52,946 nt of DNA from a virus (IMGVR_UViG_3300042465_001424:1-52946); one strand, 5' to 3'. Numbered from the stretch's first letter, positions 30,414 through 40,890 are shown. Notes: generated by a model not told the origin, from the sequence alone. Translations and numbers: made by a program.

Positions 30414-33400
30414 ATGCCTATATATACTTATAATGGAGCAATGTTTACGGAAGAAGAAGTAATTAGTAAAGCAGAAGCAAAAGGGCTTGATCTGGAAGCT
30501 TATATTAATAAATTTGGTATAACTAAAGAGGAAGATGAAACCGTTGAGGAGCCGGGAAAGCCAAAACCTGTTGCAAAAAAGGGTGCGCCTGCAACAGCAA
30601 AAGGTACGGCGTCCAAATTGGTAAAACCTTCATCGGAGTTAAAATCTGATATATGGGGAGAAGACAGATCTAAACCTGAATTTTTACAAGAAATACAAAA
30701 AGTATCTCAACCCGATATAAAGTTTCCAAAACCTGTTAGTGTTAAAAAACCAAAACAAGAATTAAAATCTATATCTGAATACCAATCAAAAGTAAAAAAA
30801 GAAGAAGAAAGCGGGTTTTCTAATTTTCTTAAAGAATCATTTGATTCCGGAATTTCTACAATTGTGCAATCTGTTTATAAAGCTCCTGAGTTTTTATATG
30901 ATGCCACTGCTGCATTTATTACAGATCCTATTGCTAATTTAGCAAATGATATTATAGGGGTTGAAAGACAAGATTCTTCTTCGGAAAAAATAATGGAAAC
31001 ATTCGGAATTAAAAACATTCCGGCAGATATTTTACAAAAAAGAATTAAGGAATCAAATAAAATAATACAAGATTATAGTGCTAAAAACGGGGTTGATCCT
31101 TTAACTGCTATAGAGAATGGAAACTATTTAGGAGCAGCAAAACTAGTTGCAGGCGGAACAATTCAATCAGTTCCTATGATGGCGGCAGCTATGTTTAGTG
31201 GTGGAAGTTCAACTGCATTAGCTGGAATATCTGCATCTACAGCAATTTCAAAAGCGGAACAATTAAAAATAGAACAACCTGAAATGGACGTTCAAACTAG
31301 AACTATAAATGCCGCGGCGTCTGGATTGCTGGAAGGATATTTAGGCAATTTATTTACAGGTGCTTCTGGAGCAGTTGTAAAAAGAATATTAACTGATAAA
31401 GGAACTAAAGAAGGGGCAAAAGTTATTTCTAATGGCTTAATGAGTACATTAGAAAAAGCCATTGAAAAAAACCCAATGATTGGTGTACTTGGCGAGGTTG
31501 CTGAAGAAAGTAGTGTTGAATTAGGCAATCAATTAAATGATATAAATTCTGGAATTAGAAAAGAATTAGATTATAGATCAATTACTAATGCCGGTATTAT
31601 TGCAACAGGAATGGCTGGTACAAATACTGTGCCTGTATATGGGGCAAAAGGTTATATGAAAATGGCTGAATATAATCAAGTAAAAGCCATAAACAAAGAA
31701 ATTAATACCTTAACAAATCAATTATCTAATCCTTATATTAATGATTCAGATAAAAAAATAATTTCATCGCGAGTTAATAGACTTGTTGATGAGAATAAAA
31801 CTATTGTAGGAACTAGTCTGGAAAAAATTAAAGCATTACCTGAAAATATAAAAACAGAAATAAATACTATTAATGCAGATTTAGATGATATTAAAAGTAA
31901 ATATTTAGACTTAGCAGACAATGACGCCATACCGTTGGATGTTAAAGCAGCAATGGGTGAAGAATTAAAACTTCAAGGTAAACAATTATATGATAGAAAA
32001 AATAGTATCATTGAAGGTAATTATATATATGAAGACTTTAATAAATTACCAACTGAAGAACAAATTAGAATTAAAGATGTAGCAACTCAAAACTTAGTAG
32101 CAGATTCTGAATTAACTGGTAAACCAAAAACTAGTTTTGCCGATGAAGAAATAAATAAAGAAGCCGTAACTATATATAATAATGAAGTAAAAGCAAAAGA
32201 TTTTGTTTCTGATGTAGAAAAAACAAAAGTTGCTATACAAGCTATTGGTCTTGGTGAAGATGTAGAAATGCCTGAATTAAATTCTGCTAATGATGTTATT
32301 AATTATCTATCAACTAATACTACATTAGACAAGAATACTATAGAAGACGTTGCAGATTCTTATGGTGCATTTATTCCTTTGCCAAATGGTAAAGAAGTAT
32401 TAATTATAAATAAAGAAGCTGCTAACATGGATCAGGTGGTTACAACCGGTCAACATGAATTTTTACATAAACTTATATACAAGGCGGTAAAAGATAATAC
32501 AGATTTACAAAAACAAATAGGGTCTCAATTATATAATCACATTGAGAACTATATTGGTACAGAAGAATTTAATAATACTGAATTTAAAAGTAGATACGAT
32601 GCTTATAAGAATGATTTTGAAAATACTAAATTAGAATTAGATAGTAAAGTAACTAAAGCTAAAGACTTTTTTAATAAAGGACTTATAACTCAAGAAAGAT
32701 ACGACCAAGCCGTAACAGACGCGGATAATGCAACCGCTAAAGCTGAAGGTAAATATCTAGAAGAAACATTGCCATTATTGTCTGAATCATTATCAAAAGG
32801 AGACATAAAATATAATGAAACATTCTTTACTAAAATAGGTGATATATTACGTAGAGTATTCCAAAAATATGGACTAAGCAAAGTAAAGTTTAATACGGGT
32901 AAAGATGTGTTTGATTTTGTTAGAGACTATAATAAAAGTTTTGAAAAAGGTCAATTTACTAAAGCGTTTAAGGCGTTAGCGAAAGAAGGCGTTTATAAAG
33001 GATCTATAGCAAAAGGTAACATTCCAGCAAAGCCAACCGCCAAACCAGAAGTTAAATTATCTAAAATACAAATTGATAAACTTAAACAAGATTTAGTTGA
33101 TTTAGAAGATGAATACGACGAAGGCTACGGAGATATTGATGAGGAAGAATATAAGAATAGAAAAGCCAATATAGAAGGTAAACTTAAAACGGCCGTTAAA
33201 TTAGAAGAAAAAGGTGTTCCTGTTAAGGAAGTGAAAAAAGAAGTAACTGAAGAAGATGAGGTTAAAGAAATAATAAAAAATGCTCGTGGTTCAATATCTT
33301 CAGATAAAGTACAACAAATATATGAATCTAAAGGCGTAAATGGTTCAGCAGAAATAATAAGACTATTTGAGCCTATAACTAAAAAGATTGTTGACAAGCG

Positions 33401-36400
33401 TAGAGATGCTCCGGGTTTTGATAGAGAATTATTAACTGACGAGATAAATACAGGAGTTGGTGGAATTTTAGATTTAATAACTAAATATAAACCTGAATCT
33501 GGTATACCATTAGCTGCTTATATAAATAAGTATTTGCCAGTTAGAGCAATTGCTACTTCAAAAAGAATATTAGATCAACAATTTAATAAGGACGCATCGG
33601 AAGAAAAGGGGCTAATAGCAACTGAGACAGCTGATCAAAACTTTATTGAAACAACAAAAGAAAAACCAAAGTATAAGAATGCATTAGAGTCAAAAGTTTT
33701 TGAACCGGAAGTCTTAAAAACTATAAACGATAAGATATTAACAGTAGTTAGAACTTTAAAATCTAAAATTGATGAGCCTATTTCATTGAATAAAACTATT
33801 ACCCCATTAATTGCTGAAATTAGAGACGAAATTGGTAAGCAAGTTGATATTGATGTTAAAACCGCAATGGGCGGCAAAAAAGACAATCAATTAAAAAATT
33901 GGATGTTAAAGAACAAAAAATATGTTCTTGAAAATATGACTACTACTTGGTTAATGGGTAAAGATGGTCAAGGAGGAATGCCGATTGCGGTTCAAAAACA
34001 AATTGACGGAAGATGGGTTAATTTTCCTGAATGGGCTGGTAAAAAAATTGATAGAGAAAAAACAACTACAGATCAAGCTGGTAGAACTTCTGGCGCTGAA
34101 TTAACTAGAAGATTGCCAAGTGTTAATAATAATATATCTGATGCTGATTACTTAGAACAAGTAATAGGGACTGATGGTAATCCTTTACGTGGCAGAAAAG
34201 AATCATTAGCAAAAGCAATAGCTGAAGAATCGACATTTGATATTATTAATGATGATTTGCAAAATGATGGGCCTATTTCAGAAGCTTTAATAAAGAATCA
34301 GGAAAGACTTGGGGTTCAATTAACAAACAATATTACTAATGAATTTGCAAAGCAAACAGAAAGAGGTAACATTAAATTCTCTAAATCTTTAATAAAAGGA
34401 ATATCTATATCTCAAGATAAGTTAGGCAAAGATATATTCAACGCTAAAACAATTGAAGATGAAGCAAAGGTAATAAGTAAATGGATTGCCAGCGATGGTA
34501 GATCATTAAGAACTTTTGCAGCCATGATTGGTAAACAATTAAGCAAATTAAAAACTAATAAAGGGTTATTTGAAAATATAATATTACCAACAATAAAAAC
34601 TTATTCAAAGTTTGAAGGGTTAGTTGGTAAAGACTCTTATAGATTAGGAGAGGTTTCAAGAGGTATATCTATATTCTTTGGGGAAGAAAAAGTGCCTTTA
34701 TGGAAAGACATTGATGAGATAAAAAATAATTGGGGAAGAAGCGCTCCTATAATGGAGAAGGAAGCAATAAGCGCAAATGATCAATTGTTTGATATAATTA
34801 ATTACTTTAAAAATAACAATTATTCCAATGAAGATTTTGAAGGGTATTTACAATTTTTACGAAAAGATCAAAGAGGCTTAATACGAAAACTTTCAAAACC
34901 GGGTATTGCTGTTATAGGTTTAAATAAAAAACAAAAGCCATACTTAGAGCATAATATGCCGGTACAAAATATTGTTGAAAAAATTCTTGATTTTTATGAC
35001 AATAAAATTACAGAAGATCAATTAAGAGAATTTATTGATAAAGGAAAAGTAAACCTTATTCCAGATGAATTAAATAAACTTTTACCAAATTATGAAGTTG
35101 ATAAAAACAGAATGGAAGACCCAACTGTTTTATTATATTTACAAAATTTATTAGATAAAGGTTTATCTATTTATAATATAAAAGCGGAATATGGATCTAA
35201 AGCTAACTTCAATGCGTTAGTTAAAATTGCTCAATCAAAAGTAAATTCAAAAGAAAATTTACAAAATATATATAATACTATTGCAATAGAAAATTCTTTA
35301 GATGTTAAAAAATCTATTAACCCAAAAGGTATTTCGGTATTTGATTTCGATGACACCGTTGGCATGACTAAAAGTAACGTGTTATACGCGATGCCAGATG
35401 GCACTTTTGGTAAATTAAATGCGGAAGAATTTGCAAAAGAAGGTTCTAATATGCTACAAGAAGGAGCTATATTTGATTTCTCTGAATTTAGCAAAGTTGT
35501 TAATGGCAAACCAGGTCCAATGGTTGAAAAGATGAAGAAGATGATTGGCAAGTTTGGTCCTGAAAACTTCTTTATACTCACGGCTCGCCCTGCTAATGCC
35601 GCGGGTCCAATACATGAGTTTTTATCTTCTATTGGTATTGATATACCTTTAGAAAATATAACTGGCTTAGGAAGCAGTTTAGCGCAATCAAAAGCAGATT
35701 GGATGACAGCGAAAGCAGCAGAAGGATATAATGATTTTTACTTTTCCGACGATGCAATCCAGAATGTTGATGCTGTTAGAAATGCTTTAAACGTTCTTGA
35801 CGTTAAATCAAAAATACAGCAAGCTAAAATTAAATTTAGTAAAACTATATCGCCTGAATTCAATAAGATTATTGAGGAGAATAAAGGTATGGAGCACTAT
35901 AAAGTGTTCTCGGATATTGTTGCAAGAAGAAGAGGTAAGTCTAAAAACAAGTTTGATTTTTATGTTCCACCATCTGCTGCTGATTTTGAATTATTATTGT
36001 ATAACTTCTTAGGTAAAGGTGAACGTGGAGAAGAACATCAAAAATTCTTTAACGAAGCATTACTTAAACCGTATGCAAATGGTAATGATTTGATGGATGC
36101 GGCAAGACAATCTATTAAGAAAGATTATAAAGCATTGTTAGATTCATTCCCAGACATACGTAAGAAAATGGAAACATTAACTCCAGACGGAGATTATACT
36201 TACGATCAAGCAATACGTATTGCAATGTGGAACGAAGAAGGCGTTGAAATACCTGGTATATCCGAAAGAGATTCAAGAAAATTAACAGATTTGGTAAACA
36301 ATGATCCTGAGCTAGCTGCGTTCAAACAAGGCTTAATAGTTACTGGCAGACAAGGTAAAGGATGGATTAACCCTACTGAATACTGGGACGCAAATACTAT

Positions 36401-38075
36401 CATTGCGGATCTACATGGTTTAACAGAAGGTGAAGGACGTAAGAAATTCCTTGCTGAGTTTATTGACAATGCTGAACAAATGTTTGGAACATGGTCTCAA
36501 GGAAAATTGGTTGGCCCTAACATTAACAAAGTAGAAGCCGTATATGGTTCGAATGTAAGAGAAGCTATTGAAGATGTACTGTACAGAATGACAACTGGTA
36601 AAAACAGAAGCCAAGGCAAGGATAAAGAAACAAGCGCTTGGAGTAATTGGGTGAATGGTTCTACTGGAGCTATTATGTTCTTAAACACTAGATCTGCCGC
36701 ATTGCAATTAATTGGGGCAGTCAATTTCTTAAACTTAAGAGATAATAATCCTTTTAACGCTGGTAAAGCATTTCTAAATCAACCGCAATATTGGAAAGAT
36801 TTCTCACGTATTTGGAATTCAGATAAAATGAAAGAAAGACGCGGTGGATTAAAAGAAGATGTTGCCGCTGCTGAGATTGCAAATGCCGCCGCGGGTAGTA
36901 AAAATAAACCTGCTGCTGTTATAGCTTACTTATTAAAAATCGGTTATACGCCGACGCAATTAGCAGATAGTTTTGCTATTGCCTCTGGGGGTGCTCCATT
37001 TTATAGAAATAGAATTAAATCTTATTTGAAAGAAGGATTAACAGAACAAGAGGCGGAAGATGCGGCTTGGAATGATTTTACAAAAGTATCAGATGAAACA
37101 CAACAATCAGGTGATCCTAGAGATATATCAAAACAACAAGCGAGTGGAGCGGGAAGGTTATTATTAACATTCCAAAACACGGCAATGCAACAATCTAGAA
37201 TTGTTAAAAAATCTTATTTAGATCTAAGAGCTGGTAGAGGTAATGCTAAAACACATATTTCAAAAATAGTATATTATTTGGCAGTACAAAATACATTGTT
37301 TGCTGTGTTGCAACAAGGATTATTTGCGGTTGCCTTTGATGATGATGATGAAGAAAAAGATACAGAAAAAGAAAAAGTCAAAAAGAAAACAACTAATGAA
37401 AGATTAATAGATGTCGCTGACGGTGTGTTGGATACAATATTAAGAGGAACCGGATTTGCTGGAGGAGTTGTTTCTGTATTAAAGAACATGACTAAAAAAT
37501 ACCTCGACGAAAAAGATAAAAACTTTAAAGCAGATTATGCTAAAGTTGTATTAGAAGGGGCTAACATATCACCGCCAATTGGATCTAAACTTAGAAAAGT
37601 ATATACTGGACTTCAACAAACTAAATTTGAAAAAGACCTTATAGACGCAAGAGGTTGGGGTGTTATGCAAGATGGAAGAGTTCATTTAGGGCCAATGTAT
37701 GGAGTGGCTGGAAAACTTGCTGAAGCAACAACTAACTTGCCAATTGATAGGCTTGTAAACAAAATTGAAAATATATCTCAAGCAATGAATTCTGAAAATC
37801 AAGCATGGCAAAGAGTTGCTGTAGGAGTTGGGTTTACACCTTATTCAGTTGGTATAGAAGAATCAAAAGGTGATGTAGAAATTAGAGCAAAAGCAAAAGA
37901 AATACGTAAAGAAGAAGGATTAATAAAAAGCGAAGAAACAAGAGAACGTAAAAAAGATTCTATTAGAGCTTTACCAATTAGGGAACGCATTAGAATAAAA
38001 AGAGAGGATAGACTTAAAAGAAGAGAAAACGAATTTAAACGCAGGGAAAGAAAAGCAAATAGAAAAATGGGTTAA
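30414..38075 (+). CDS. Giant polyvalent internal virion protein (zincin, sigma-70 region-2-like and HAD phosphatase domains)
   Basis: 2553 aa. HEFLH at aa 681, sigma2-like segment at aa ~981-1046, HAD motifs DFDDT (aa 1644), ILTAR, K, FSDD. Last gene of the virion module. Confidence 0.7.
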   Translation: MPIYTYNGAMFTEEEVISKAEAKGLDLEAYINKFGITKEEDETVEEPGKPKPVAKKGAPATAKGTASKLVKPSSELKSDIWGEDRSKPEFLQEIQKVSQPDIKFPKPVSVKKPKQELKSISEYQSKVKKEEESGFSNFLKESFDSGISTIVQSVYKAPEFLYDATAAFITDPIANLANDIIGVERQDSSSEKIMETFGIKNIPADILQKRIKESNKIIQDYSAKNGVDPLTAIENGNYLGAAKLVAGGTIQSVPMMAAAMFSGGSSTALAGISASTAISKAEQLKIEQPEMDVQTRTINAAASGLLEGYLGNLFTGASGAVVKRILTDKGTKEGAKVISNGLMSTLEKAIEKNPMIGVLGEVAEESSVELGNQLNDINSGIRKELDYRSITNAGIIATGMAGTNTVPVYGAKGYMKMAEYNQVKAINKEINTLTNQLSNPYINDSDKKIISSRVNRLVDENKTIVGTSLEKIKALPENIKTEINTINADLDDIKSKYLDLADNDAIPLDVKAAMGEELKLQGKQLYDRKNSIIEGNYIYEDFNKLPTEEQIRIKDVATQNLVADSELTGKPKTSFADEEINKEAVTIYNNEVKAKDFVSDVEKTKVAIQAIGLGEDVEMPELNSANDVINYLSTNTTLDKNTIEDVADSYGAFIPLPNGKEVLIINKEAANMDQVVTTGQHEFLHKLIYKAVKDNTDLQKQIGSQLYNHIENYIGTEEFNNTEFKSRYDAYKNDFENTKLELDSKVTKAKDFFNKGLITQERYDQAVTDADNATAKAEGKYLEETLPLLSESLSKGDIKYNETFFTKIGDILRRVFQKYGLSKVKFNTGKDVFDFVRDYNKSFEKGQFTKAFKALAKEGVYKGSIAKGNIPAKPTAKPEVKLSKIQIDKLKQDLVDLEDEYDEGYGDIDEEEYKNRKANIEGKLKTAVKLEEKGVPVKEVKKEVTEEDEVKEIIKNARGSISSDKVQQIYESKGVNGSAEIIRLFEPITKKIVDKRRDAPGFDRELLTDEINTGVGGILDLITKYKPESGIPLAAYINKYLPVRAIATSKRILDQQFNKDASEEKGLIATETADQNFIETTKEKPKYKNALESKVFEPEVLKTINDKILTVVRTLKSKIDEPISLNKTITPLIAEIRDEIGKQVDIDVKTAMGGKKDNQLKNWMLKNKKYVLENMTTTWLMGKDGQGGMPIAVQKQIDGRWVNFPEWAGKKIDREKTTTDQAGRTSGAELTRRLPSVNNNISDADYLEQVIGTDGNPLRGRKESLAKAIAEESTFDIINDDLQNDGPISEALIKNQERLGVQLTNNITNEFAKQTERGNIKFSKSLIKGISISQDKLGKDIFNAKTIEDEAKVISKWIASDGRSLRTFAAMIGKQLSKLKTNKGLFENIILPTIKTYSKFEGLVGKDSYRLGEVSRGISIFFGEEKVPLWKDIDEIKNNWGRSAPIMEKEAISANDQLFDIINYFKNNNYSNEDFEGYLQFLRKDQRGLIRKLSKPGIAVIGLNKKQKPYLEHNMPVQNIVEKILDFYDNKITEDQLREFIDKGKVNLIPDELNKLLPNYEVDKNRMEDPTVLLYLQNLLDKGLSIYNIKAEYGSKANFNALVKIAQSKVNSKENLQNIYNTIAIENSLDVKKSINPKGISVFDFDDTVGMTKSNVLYAMPDGTFGKLNAEEFAKEGSNMLQEGAIFDFSEFSKVVNGKPGPMVEKMKKMIGKFGPENFFILTARPANAAGPIHEFLSSIGIDIPLENITGLGSSLAQSKADWMTAKAAEGYNDFYFSDDAIQNVDAVRNALNVLDVKSKIQQAKIKFSKTISPEFNKIIEENKGMEHYKVFSDIVARRRGKSKNKFDFYVPPSAADFELLLYNFLGKGERGEEHQKFFNEALLKPYANGNDLMDAARQSIKKDYKALLDSFPDIRKKMETLTPDGDYTYDQAIRIAMWNEEGVEIPGISERDSRKLTDLVNNDPELAAFKQGLIVTGRQGKGWINPTEYWDANTIIADLHGLTEGEGRKKFLAEFIDNAEQMFGTWSQGKLVGPNINKVEAVYGSNVREAIEDVLYRMTTGKNRSQGKDKETSAWSNWVNGSTGAIMFLNTRSAALQLIGAVNFLNLRDNNPFNAGKAFLNQPQYWKDFSRIWNSDKMKERRGGLKEDVAAAEIANAAAGSKNKPAAVIAYLLKIGYTPTQLADSFAIASGGAPFYRNRIKSYLKEGLTEQEAEDAAWNDFTKVSDETQQSGDPRDISKQQASGAGRLLLTFQNTAMQQSRIVKKSYLDLRAGRGNAKTHISKIVYYLAVQNTLFAVLQQGLFAVAFDDDDEEKDTEKEKVKKKTTNERLIDVADGVLDTILRGTGFAGGVVSVLKNMTKKYLDEKDKNFKADYAKVVLEGANISPPIGSKLRKVYTGLQQTKFEKDLIDARGWGVMQDGRVHLGPMYGVAGKLAEATTNLPIDRLVNKIENISQAMNSENQAWQRVAVGVGFTPYSVGIEESKGDVEIRAKAKEIRKEEGLIKSEETRERKKDSIRALPIRERIRIKREDRLKRRENEFKRRERKANRKMG

Positions 38076-38107
38076 TAAGAATAGGCACCATACCTAGCGA
38101 TCCATAA

Positions 38108-38148
38108 ATAAAAAAGGGACACTTTAATTAGTGCCCCTTTTTTTTATT
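38108..38148. terminator. Bidirectional Rho-independent terminator
   Basis: AAAAAAGGGACACT-ttaatt-AGTGCCCCTTTTTTTT between the convergent gene arms. Confidence 0.85.
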
Positions 38149-38151
38149 TAA

Positions 38152-38370
38152 TTAAATTTCTAATTTGGGTTCTTCAGATTTCTGTATTTCTTCTTGGGCT
38201 CTGGCGGTCATTGCTTTGATAGCATCGTCATATCCAGGCATAAGCTTTACAGTTTCTAAAGTTCCGGCTGCAAGAACAGTTAAATGTTTTTGTTCTTCCA
38301 TCACTTGTTGTAGAACTCTAATAAGAGCCTCTGCTTTGTTTTTCATTTCAACTAAAGATTGTTCTTTCAT
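38152..38370 (-). CDS. Hypothetical protein
   Basis: 72-aa helical ORF, last gene of the - strand arm. Confidence 0.6.
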   Translation of the reverse strand: MKEQSLVEMKNKAEALIRVLQQVMEEQKHLTVLAAGTLETVKLMPGYDDAIKAMTARAQEEIQKSEEPKLEI

Positions 38371-38379
38371 ATTTATTTA

Positions 38380-40248
38380 TTAAGTTATTTCACAACCAGA
38401 TGGTCCACATGCAACTGACTCACTAAAATTAGTATTATCTTGGATCTCTATAACTTTAGACAAATCAATATCTTTAAGTTTTAACATCATCTCTTCGTAT
38501 ACTTCTTTAGTGCAATCTTCAAATGGCGTTTGCTTATATGTTCCACCGTGATACGGCAATACGGACAATCCATTATAGTAATCTTTATTTGCCCACATCC
38601 ACTCACCAATGATTTTCCATTCATCGTCTCTCACTGAAACCGTACAAGAAACATTGTGGGTATTGTTACCTTTAGTATGCCCTTGTTTAACCCAATCCTT
38701 AGAAATTAATTTAACACGTTCAAGCAAATCTAATGTTGATTCATATCGTGTTATAGCACCATTAGGAGCCTTCTGTGGAACAGAAATGACTGCTTGTAAT
38801 GTTGGATTAAAATATTCATCTTCAAGCAATTCTGGATGATTTATTGCAAGATAAGAATATATTGCTTCATTTTTACCTAAGCGCATGCGACGTATGTAAT
38901 AATCGTTATGCCAAGCATGAATACCGCTGCTAGTACCCAACACCAAAGAAGTAGTTCCAGCGGGCTTGACGGCCGTCGTTCTAGCTGCCCTGTTGATGTT
39001 AAGGGCGGCAGAAATGACATTATTTGTATCTTTAACCACTTGAGCAGCTTCTTCATAATTTAAATTTAAGTTTGACTCTGATGCAATACCTGTCATTGAT
39101 ACACCAAGTAAAGCGTCTTTTTCTGTATTCTTTCTCCATATATCACGTAAGTAATGGAAGTCTGAATACGATGCCTGTAATGTTCCTAAGAATGAAGCAG
39201 CCGATGACCTTGCGTTAAAATCTTCTTGGCTTTCAATATCAGACATATTAATTTCCGTTAAGTTACAGAACTGATAAGGACGTAAAGCAATCTCACAACA
39301 AGGATTAGTACCCCAATCTTTATCATTAGTAAGGTAAATGCCTGGCTCGCCTGATCCAGAAGCTTCAATACGTTCCCAAACTTTATCAAATGTTTTCTTA
39401 TCAATTTTGTGTCTTAAAAGTACTACTGAATTATTTGATCTACCTCTTTGTGGATTATCTTCCCACCAGTTTCCGGCCTTGCAATTTAACATTGCATTAC
39501 TGTCTAAGTCAAACAACGAAATCATTGCTGCTCTACGGATACCTCCAGCTAAAACGGCATCCGCAATATGACACTGAATATCGTGACACTCAATATCTGT
39601 AAGTTTAGATCTATCCTCTTTCGTTCTTAGAATAGCTTCAACTTTTACTAATGCAATTCTTAATGGTTCTGGGCCTGGAGCTTTACCTCCAGCAGTCACA
39701 AGCAATGCACCCTTCTGTCTTATATCAGAAAGATCAAACTCTATATGAGAGGTCATTGCCCCAGTATAAGATTTAAACAAAGTTTTAATTGCGTCTGCCC
39801 AACCAATAATAGAATCTTGAACTACATACTTTTTCTTGCGATCATAATTAGGTTTTCTAATTTCAGGCAACTTCTCAATTTGATGTTGTTGGACCGAATA
39901 ACCAACGCCGGTACCTCCAAGCAATAGAAACATAGTCTCAGAAAAACTATGAATACTATCAATAGGTAGGAAAGCACAGTTATAAATGCGAGCATTATTA
40001 AGCTCAATAGCTTTACCACCAAACTGTAAGCTTCGCATTGAAGGTAAAACCTTTTTAGTAAATACAAAATTTTCATAAATAGCTTCTATTGATTCTTTCA
40101 TTGCGGGAAACTTTGCAATATGCATGTCTCTATTCCTTGTGACTAATTCTTGCCACGTTTCTCTTCTTTCTTTGTTTGGCAAATATTTTGCATACTTTGT
40201 ATATACAGTTATATCCGATAAAATTTGCTTGTCTAAGCTTAAACTCAT
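38380..40248 (-). CDS. nrdJ: Class II (adenosylcobalamin-dependent) ribonucleotide reductase
   Basis: LPSMR, YNC, GGIRRAA, TNPCCEI, VKPAGT motifs and C-terminal CGPSGC. No NrdB gene in the window. Confidence 0.9.
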   Translation of the reverse strand: MSLSLDKQILSDITVYTKYAKYLPNKERRETWQELVTRNRDMHIAKFPAMKESIEAIYENFVFTKKVLPSMRSLQFGGKAIELNNARIYNCAFLPIDSIHSFSETMFLLLGGTGVGYSVQQHQIEKLPEIRKPNYDRKKKYVVQDSIIGWADAIKTLFKSYTGAMTSHIEFDLSDIRQKGALLVTAGGKAPGPEPLRIALVKVEAILRTKEDRSKLTDIECHDIQCHIADAVLAGGIRRAAMISLFDLDSNAMLNCKAGNWWEDNPQRGRSNNSVVLLRHKIDKKTFDKVWERIEASGSGEPGIYLTNDKDWGTNPCCEIALRPYQFCNLTEINMSDIESQEDFNARSSAASFLGTLQASYSDFHYLRDIWRKNTEKDALLGVSMTGIASESNLNLNYEEAAQVVKDTNNVISAALNINRAARTTAVKPAGTTSLVLGTSSGIHAWHNDYYIRRMRLGKNEAIYSYLAINHPELLEDEYFNPTLQAVISVPQKAPNGAITRYESTLDLLERVKLISKDWVKQGHTKGNNTHNVSCTVSVRDDEWKIIGEWMWANKDYYNGLSVLPYHGGTYKQTPFEDCTKEVYEEMMLKLKDIDLSKVIEIQDNTNFSESVACGPSGCEIT

Positions 40249-40264
40249 AATTATTTTTTAGTTT

Positions 40265-40447
40265 TTAGTTATCTATTTCTAATGCGAAATCTACGAATGG
40301 CAAATAAAACACATGAGTACTAAATGTAGGTTCCTCATATGTTCTAAACCCAAATAATATACCTGGATATAATCCAACTGATATACTCCAATACTTATCT
40401 CTTGGAAATTCCGGTTCTTGTTCTGGCAATTCTTTTTTCTTTGTCAT
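40265..40447 (-). CDS. Hypothetical protein
   Basis: 60-aa ORF with ATGA overlap. Confidence 0.55.
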   Translation of the reverse strand: MTKKKELPEQEPEFPRDKYWSISVGLYPGILFGFRTYEEPTFSTHVFYLPFVDFALEIDN

Positions 40448-40890
40448 TTGTTTTTGGTTTTTAAAATTAATTCAATTGTAATATCACATTCTGATTGTTT
40501 CTGTGGCTTGTATAATGTTCTAGTGTCGTTATTATCCATCATCCACTTTTTAAATAGTTTCCATCGTAAAGGAAAAGATTCATTTGCACGCCCTTTAGTT
40601 TCTATTATAAAGTCTTTACCAATAAAATCTGGTGTATACTTTAAGTTTAAAACCTTTTTGTTTCCTCTGTCTATAAAATCGCCTTTACCGTTTGATTGTT
40701 TTTCTATCGAAGCGTTCTCAAAAGTAAATGAAGGCAGAAGTTCAAATGTTCTACCTTCATATTCAAAGTCTATATTAGCATCTTTCAATGCTTTATACAT
40801 ATACTTCTCTAGGCAAGAAGCAAATGTAACCCCGTCATATATTACCTTCTTTGCTACAACGGGGCCTTTCTTTCTTTTAATTTTCTTCAT
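40444..40890 (-). CDS. PD-(D/E)xK endonuclease, T7 endonuclease I-like
   Basis: FASCLE...FEYE...YTPDF...IETKG. Confidence 0.75.
   Translation of the reverse strand: MKKIKRKKGPVVAKKVIYDGVTFASCLEKYMYKALKDANIDFEYEGRTFELLPSFTFENASIEKQSNGKGDFIDRGNKKVLNLKYTPDFIGKDFIIETKGRANESFPLRWKLFKKWMMDNNDTRTLYKPQKQSECDITIELILKTKNK

Noticed and set aside
35340-35360. DFDD as the catalytic DxDxD motif of a crAss-like virion RNA polymerase
   Set aside because: It reads DFDDT and is followed in order by HAD motifs II-IV, so it is a HAD phosphatase signature.
351-37489. Short - strand ORFs inside + strand genes (e.g. 351-593, 10430-10903, 14922-15272, 27991-28383, 35231-35581)
   Set aside because: They are antisense shadows of well-supported genes, with no recognisable motifs or initiation context.
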